Below are positions 56,591 through 64,000 of a DNA stretch of 64,000 nucleotides, piece by piece (within the stretch, counting starts at the first letter, position 1; every line of letters starts with the position of its first letter). Below the pieces are notes generated by a model. That model saw only the letters and a list, made by a program, of their open reading frames with translations, was not told the origin of the DNA and did not search any database. The DNA is from Eledone cirrhosa (taxonomy: Eukaryota). The stretch covers positions 119,784,001 through 119,848,000 of the forward strand of contig OZ024744.1 in assembly GCA_964016885.1 (NCBI GenBank). Reading direction: 5' to 3'. Position numbers and translations under genes: made by a program.

Positions 56591-58169
56591 AGTATCAGAG
56601 CTGTGATCTCTTAATTTAGAGATACTTTCATGAGATATTCTAACCACATGTCATAGTATCAGAGCTGTGATCTCTCAATTCAGAGATTCTTTCCTGAGAC
56701 ATTCTAACCACATGTCATAGTATTAGAGCTGTGATCTCTCAATTCCAAGATTCTTTCCTGAGAAATTCTAAACTTATGTCTGTAGTATCAGAGCTGTGAT
56801 CTCTCAATTCAGAGGTTCTTTCCTGAGACATCCTAACTCCATGTCCACAGTATCAGAGCTGTGATCTCTCAATTCAGAGATTCTTTTCTGAGACATTCTA
56901 ATTCCATGTCTACAGTATCAGAGCTGTGATCTCTCAATTTAGAGATTCTTTCCTGAGATATTCTAACCACATGTCATAGTATCAGAGCGGTGATCTCTCA
57001 ATTCAGAGATTCTTTCCTGAGACATTCTAACCACATGTCTGTTGTATCAGAGCTGTATGCTCTCAATTCAGAGATTCTTTCCTGAGACATTCTAACCACA
57101 TGTCATAGTATCGGAGCTGTTATCTCTCAATTCAGAGATTCTTTCCTGAGATATTGTAACCACATGTCATAGTATCAGAGCTGTGATCTCTCAATTCAGT
57201 GATTCTTTCCTGCGATATTCTAACCACATGTCAGAGTATCAGAGCTGTGATCTCTCAATTCAGATATTCTTTCCTGAGACATTCTAACCACATGTCATAT
57301 GATCAGATTTGAGATCTCTCAATTCAGAGATTCTTTCCTGAGACATTCTAACCACATGTCACAATATCAGAGCTGTGATCTCTCAATTCAGAGATTCTTT
57401 CCTCAGACATTCTAAGCACATGTCATAATATCAGAGCTGTGATCTCTCAATTCAGAGATTCTATGCTGAGACATTCTAACCACATGTCATAGTATCAGAT
57501 CTGTGATCTCTCAATTCAGAGATTCTTTCCTGGGATATTCTTAGCACATGTCATATTATCAGATCTGTGATCTCTTAATTCAGAGATTCTTTCCTGAGAC
57601 ATTCTAACCACATCTCATAATATCAGAGCTGTGATATCTCAATTCAGAGATTCTATCCTGAGATATTCTAACCACATGTCATAGTATCAGAGCTGTGATA
57701 TCTCAATTCAGAGATTCTTTCCTGAGATATTCTAACCACATGTCATAGTATCAGAGCTGTGATCTCTCAATTCAGAGATTCTTTCCTGGGACATTCTAAC
57801 CACATGTCATAGTATTAGAGCTGTGATCTCTCAATTCCAAGATTCTTTCCTGAGAAATTCTAAACTTATGTCTGTAGTATCAGAGCTGTGATCTCTCAAT
57901 TCAGAGGTTCTTTCCTGAGACATCATAACTCCATGTCCACAGTATCAGAGCTGTGATCTCTCAATTCAGAGATTCTTTCCTGAGACATTCTAAACACATG
58001 TATCAGAGATATTCTTAATAGTGATCTCTCAATTCAGAGATTCTTTCCTGAGACATACTAACTCCATGTCCACAGTATCAGAGCTGTGATCTCTCAATTT
58101 AGAGATTCTTTCCTGAGATATTCTAACCACATGTCATAGTATCAGAGCTGTGATCTCTCAATTCAGAGA

Positions 58170-60620
58170 TTCTTTCGTGAGACATTCTAACCACATGTCT
58201 GTAGTATCAGAGCTGTATGCTCTCAATTCAGAGATTCTTTCCTGAGACATTCTAACCACATGTCATAGTATCGGAGCTGTTATCTCTCAATTCAGAGATT
58301 CTTTCCTGAGACATTCTAACGACATGTCATAGTAGCAGAGCTGTGATATCTCAATTCAGAGATTCTTTCCTGAGATATTCTAACCGCATGTCATAGTATC
58401 AGAGCTGTGATCTCTCAATTCAGATATTCTTTCCTGAGACATTCTAGCCACATGTCATAGGATCAGAGTTGTGATCTCTCAATTCAGAGATTATTTCCTG
58501 AGACATTCTAACCACATGTCATAGTATCAGAGCTGTGATCTCTCAATTCAGAGATTCTTTCCTGAGATATTCTAACCACATGTCTGTAGTATCAGAGCTG
58601 TGATCTCTCAATTCAGAGATTCTTTACTGAGATATTGTAACCACATGTCATAGTATCAGAGCTGTGATCTCTCAATTCAGTGATTCTTTCCTGCGATATT
58701 CTAACCACATGTCAGAGTATCAGAGCTGTGATCTCTCAATTCAGATATGCTTTCCTGAGACATTCTAACCACATGACATATGATCAGATTTGAGATCTCT
58801 CAATTCAGAGATTCTTTCCTGAGATATTCTAACCACATGTCATAGTATCAGAGCTGTGATCTCTCAATTCAGAGATTTTTCCTGAGACATTCTAACCACA
58901 TGTCATAGTATTAGAACTGTGATCTCTCAATTCAGAGATTCTTTCCTGAGACATTCTTACCACAAGTCATAGTATAAGAGCTGTGATCTCTCAATTGAGA
59001 GATTCTTTCCTGAGACATTCTAACCACATGTCATAGTATCAGAACTGTGATCTCTCAATTCAGAGATTCTTTCCTGAGACATTCTAACCACATGTCATCG
59101 TATCAGAGCTGTGATATCTCAACTGAGAGATTCTTTCCTGAGATATTTTAACCACATATACTATCAGAGCTGTGAAATCTCAATTCAGAGATTCTTTCCT
59201 GGGACATTCTAACCACATGTCATAGTATCAGGGCTGTGATCTCTCAATTCAGAGATTCTTTCCTGAGACATTCTAACCACATGTCATAGTATCAGAGCTG
59301 TGATCTCTCAATTCACAGATTCTTTCCTCAGACATTCTAAGCACATGTCATAATATCAGAGCTGTGATCTCTCAATTCAGAGATTCTTTCCTGAGACATT
59401 CTAACCACATGTCATAGTATAAGATCTGTGATCTCTCAATTCAGAGATTCTTTCCTGGGATATTCTAACCACATGTCATAGTATCAGATCTGAGATCTCT
59501 CAATTCAGAGATTCTTTCCTGAGACATTCTAACCACATCTCATATTATCAGAGCTGTGATCTCTCAATTCAGAGATTCTTTCCTGAGATATTCTAACCAT
59601 ATGTCATAGTGTCAGAGCTGTGATCTCTCAATTCAGAGATTCTTTCCTGAGACATTCTAACCGCATGTCATAGTATTAGAGCTGTGATCTCTCAATTCAG
59701 AGATTCTTTCGTGAGACATTCTAACCACATGTCTGTAGTATCAGAGCTGTATGCTCTCAATTCAGAGATTCTTTCCTGAGACATTCTAACCACATGTCAT
59801 AGTATCGGAGCTGTTATCTCTCAATTCAGAGATTCTTTCCTGAGACATTCTAACGACATGTCATAGTAGCAGAGCTGTGATATCTCAATTCAGAGATTCT
59901 TTCCTGAGATATTCTAACCGCATGTCATAGTATCAGAGCTGTGATCTCTCAATTCAGATATTCTTTCCTGAGACATTCTAGCCACATGTCATAGGATCAG
60001 AGTTGTGATCTCTCAATTCAGAGATTATTTCCTGAGACATTCTAACCACATGTCATAGTATCAGAGCTGTGATCTCTCAATTCAGAGATTCTTTCCTGAG
60101 ATATTCTAACCACATGTCTGTAGTATCAGAGCTGTGATCTCTCAATTCAGAGATTCTTTACTGAGATATTGTAACCACATGTCATAGTATCAGAGCTGTG
60201 ATCTCTCAATTCAGTGATTCTTTCCTGCGATATTCTAACCACATGTCAGAGTATCAGAGCTGTGATCTCTCAATTCAGATATTCTTTCCTGAGACATTCT
60301 AACCACATGTCATATGATCAGATTTGAGATCTCTCAATTCAGAGATTCTTTCCTGAGATATTCTAACCACATGTCATAGTATCAGAGCTGTGATCTCTCA
60401 ATTCAGAGATTTTTCCTGAGACATTCTAACCACATGTCATAGTATTAGAACTGTGATCTCTCAATTCAGAGATTCTTTCCTGAGACATTCTTACCACATG
60501 TCATAGTATAAGAGCTGTGATCTCTCAATTGAGAGATTCTTTCCTGAGACATTCTAACCACATGTCATAGTATCAGAACTGTGATCTCTCAATTCAGAGA
60601 TTCTTTCCTGAGACATTCTA
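58170..60620. repeat. Duplicated block with offset 1534 bp (24 monomers): about 58170-59090 and 59705-60620
   Basis: tctttcgtga at 58171/59705 and ttatttcctg at 58491/60025. The variants aacgacatg, aaccgcatg and cctgcgat occur in the same order in both copies. Confidence 0.87.
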
Positions 60621-63600
60621 ACCACATGTCATATGATCAGATTTGAGATCTCTCAATTCAGAGATTCTTTCCTGAGATATTCTAACCACATGTCATAGTA
60701 TCAGAGCTGTGATCTCTCAATTCAGAGATTTTTCCTGAGACATTCTAACCACATGTCATAGTATTAGAACTGTGATCTCTCAATTCAGAGATTCTTTCCT
60801 GAGACATTCTTACCACATGTCATAGTATAAGAGCTGTGATCTCTCAATTGAGAGATTCTTTCCTGAGACATTCTAACCACATGTCATAGTATCAGAACTG
60901 TGATCTCTCAATTCAGAGATTCTTTCCTGAGACATTCTAACCACATGTCATCGTATCAGAGCTGTGATATCTCAACTGAGAGATTCTTTCCTGAGATATT
61001 TTAACCACATATACTATCAGAGCTGTGAAATCTCAATTCAGAGATTCTTTCCTGGGACATTCTAACCACATGTCATAGTATCAGGGCTGTGATCTCTCAA
61101 TTCAGAGATTCTTTCCTGAGACATTCTAACCACATGTCATAGTATCAGAGCTGTGATCTCTCAATTCACAGATTCTTTCCTCAGACATTCTAAGCACATG
61201 TCATAATATCAGAGCTGTGATCTCTCAATTCAGAGATTCTTTCCTGAGACATTCTAACCACATGTCATAGTATAAGATCTGTGATCTCTCAATTCAGAGA
61301 TTCTTTCCTGGGATATTCTAACCACATGTCATAGTATCAGATCTGAGATCTCTCAATTCAGAGATTCTTTCCTGAGACATTCTAACCACATCTCATATTA
61401 TCAGAGCTGTGATCTCTCAATTCAGAGATTCTTTCCTGAGATATTCTAACCATATGTCATAGTGTCAGAGCTGTGATCTCTCAATTCAGAGATTCTTTCC
61501 TGAGACATTCTAACCACATGTCATAGTATTAGAGCTGTGATCTCTCAATTCAGAGATTCTTTCCTGAGAAATTCTAACCTTATGTCTGTGGTATCAGTGC
61601 TATGATCTCTCAATTCAGAGGTTCTTTCCTGAGACTTCCTAACTCCATGTCCACAGTATCAGAGCTGTGATCTCTCAATTCAGAGATTCTTTCCTGAGAC
61701 ATTCTAACCACATGTATCAGAGATATTCTTAATAGTGATCTCTCAATTCAGAGATTCTTTCCTGGGATATTCTAACCACATGTCATAGTATCATAGCTGT
61801 GATATCTCAATTCAGATATTCTTTCCTGAGACATTCTAACCACATGTCATATGATCAGAGTTGAGAACTCTCAAATCAGAGATTCTTTCCTGAGATATTC
61901 TAACCACATGTCATAGTATCAGAACTGTGATCTCTCAATTCAGAGATTCTATCCTGAGACATTCTAACCACATGTCATAGTATCAGAGCTGTGATCTCTC
62001 AATTTAGAGATTCTTTCCTGAGATATTCTAACCACATGTCATAGTATCAGAGTTGTGATCTCTCAGTTCATAGATTCTTTCCTGAGACATTCTAACCACG
62101 TCATAGTATATCAGAACTGTGATATCTCAATTCAGAGATTCTTTCCTGAGATATTCTAACCACATGTCATAATATCAGAGCTGTAATCTCTCAATTTAGA
62201 TATTCTTTCCTGATATATTCTAACCTCATGTCATTGTATCAGAGCTGTGATCTCTCAATTCAGAGATTCTTTCTTGAGACATTCTAACCCCATGTCCACA
62301 GTATCAGAGCTGTGAACTCTCAATTCAGAGATTCTTTCCTGAGACATTCTAACCACATGTCATATTATCAGAGCTGTGATCGATCAATTCAAAGATTCTT
62401 TCCTGAGACATTCTAACCACATGTCACAGTATCAGAGTTGTGATCTCTCAATTCAGAGATTCTTTCCTCAGACATTCTAACCACATCTCATAGTATCGGA
62501 GCTGTGATCTCTCAATTCAGAGATTCTTTCCTGAGACATTCTAACCACATGTCATAGTATCAGATCTGTGATCTCTCAATTCAGAGATTCTTTCCTGAGA
62601 TATTCTAACCACATGTCATAGTATCAGAGCTGTTATCTCTCAATTCAGAGATTCTTTCCTGAGACATTCTAACCACATGTCATAGTATCAGAGCTGTGAT
62701 CTCTTAATTTAGAGATTCTTTCATGAGATATTCTAACCACATGTCATAGTATCAGAGCTGTGATCTCTCAATTCAGAGATTCTTTCCTGAGACATTCTAA
62801 CCACATGTCATAGTATCAGAACTGTGATCTCTCAATTCAGAGATTCTTTTCTTGGATATTCTAACCACATCTCATAGTATCAGAGCTGTGATCTCTCAAT
62901 TCAGATATTCTTTCCTGAGACATTCTAACCACATGTCATAGGATCAGAGTTGTGATCTCTCAATTCAGAGATTCTTTCCTGAGATATTCTAAGCACATGT
63001 CATAGTATCAGAGCTGTGATCTCTCAATTCAGAGATTTTTTCCTGAGACATTCTAACCACATGTCATAATATTAGAGCAGTGATCTCTCAATTCAGAGAT
63101 TCTTTCCTGAGACATTCTTACCATATGTCATAGTATAAGAGCTGTGATCTCTCAATTTAGAGATTCTTTCCTGAGACATTCTAACCACATGTCATAGTAT
63201 CAGAGCTGTGATATCTCAATTGAGAGATTCTTTCCTGAGATATTTTAACCACATATCATAGTATCAGAGCTGTGAACTCTAAATTCAGAGATTCTTTCCT
63301 GGGACATTCTAACCACATGTCATAGTATCAGGGCTGTGATCTCTCAATTCAGAGATTCTTTCCTGAGACATTCTAACCACATGTCACAATATCAGAGCTG
63401 TGATCTCTCAATTCAGAGATTCTTTCCTCAGACATTCTAACCACATGTCATAGTATCAGATCTGTGATCTCTCAATTCAGAGATTCTTTCCTGGGATATT
63501 CTAACCACATGTCATAGTATCAGATCTGAGATCTCTCAATTCAGAGATTCTTTCCTGAGACATTCTAACCACATCTCATATTATCAGAGCTGTGATCTCT

Positions 63601-64000
63601 CAATTCAGAGAATCTTTCCTGAGATATTCTAACCACATGTCATAGTGTCAGAGCTGTGATCTCTCAATTCAGAGATTCTTTCCTGAGACATTCTAACCAC
63701 ATGTCATAGTATTAGAGCTGTGATCTCTCAATTCAGAGATTCTTTCCTGAAAAATTCTAAACTTATGTCTGTAGTATCAGAGCTGTGATCTCTCAATTCA
63801 GAGGTTCTTTCCTGAGACATCCTAACTCCATGTCCACAGTATCAGAGCTGTGATCTCTCAATTCAGAGGTTCTTTCCTGAGACATCCTAACTCCATGTCC
63901 ACATTATCAGAGCTGTGATCTCTTAATTCAGAGATTCTTTCCTGGGATATTCTAACCACACGTCATAGTATCATAGCTGTGATCTCTCAATTCAGATATT

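Larger units (their letters stand above)
1..64000. repeat. Tandem satellite DNA array, 64-bp monomer, about 1,000 head-to-tail copies, extending beyond both window ends
   Basis: CCACATGTCA recurs at 1, 65, 129 and so on through 63956. An exact consensus copy lies at 3268-3331. Most monomers differ from consensus by only 0-4 substitutions. Length variants of 61, 62, 63, 65, 66, 68 and 72 bp occur. All copies are in the same orientation. Confidence 0.99.

Noticed and set aside
1-64000. CRISPR array (64-bp period with a palindromic segment resembles repeat-plus-spacer spacing)
   Set aside because: The whole 64 bp is conserved in every unit. There are no unique spacers, no leader and no cas genes, and variation is limited to point changes and small indels.
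1-64000. Giant repetitive protein-coding gene
   Set aside because: 64 is not a multiple of 3, the monomer contains stop codons, frameshifting length variants are common, and the ORF track shows nothing else on either strand.
1-64000. tRNA-, 5S- or snRNA-derived tandem gene array; telomeric repeat; CENP-B box
   Set aside because: I saw no Pol III A/B boxes or cloverleaf, no G-rich telomeric motif, and no TTCG....A..CGGG pattern in the monomer.

Overview
The whole 64-kb window is one uninterrupted, single-orientation tandem satellite array of about 1,000 copies of a 64-bp monomer. The consensus is CCACATGTCATAGTATCAGAGCTGTGATCTCTCAATTCAGAGATTCTTTCCTGAGACATTCTAA (25/64 = 39% GC, no CpG). I saw no genes, RNA genes, transposons, inversions or unique sequence, and neither array boundary lies in the window. 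It is not a CRISPR array because there are no unique spacers, and the single ORF is a by-product of the repeat. This is most consistent with eukaryotic heterochromatic or (peri)centromeric satellite DNA, but I cannot assign a family or organism. The structure worth attention is internal: (i) the monomer is tiled by near-palindromes; (ii) diagnostic variant monomers recur in a conserved order, forming a loose higher-order repeat of roughly 2.3-4 kb; (iii) there are nested, near-identical duplications with offsets measured by hand from shared rare variants (256, 511, 638, 896, 1088, 1534, 2888, 4152 and 11732 bp); (iv) a recurrent 68-bp monomer carries what looks like a self-templated insertion; and (v) the variant repertoire shifts near 38 kb. 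I found no evidence of a novel protein-coding or defence system.
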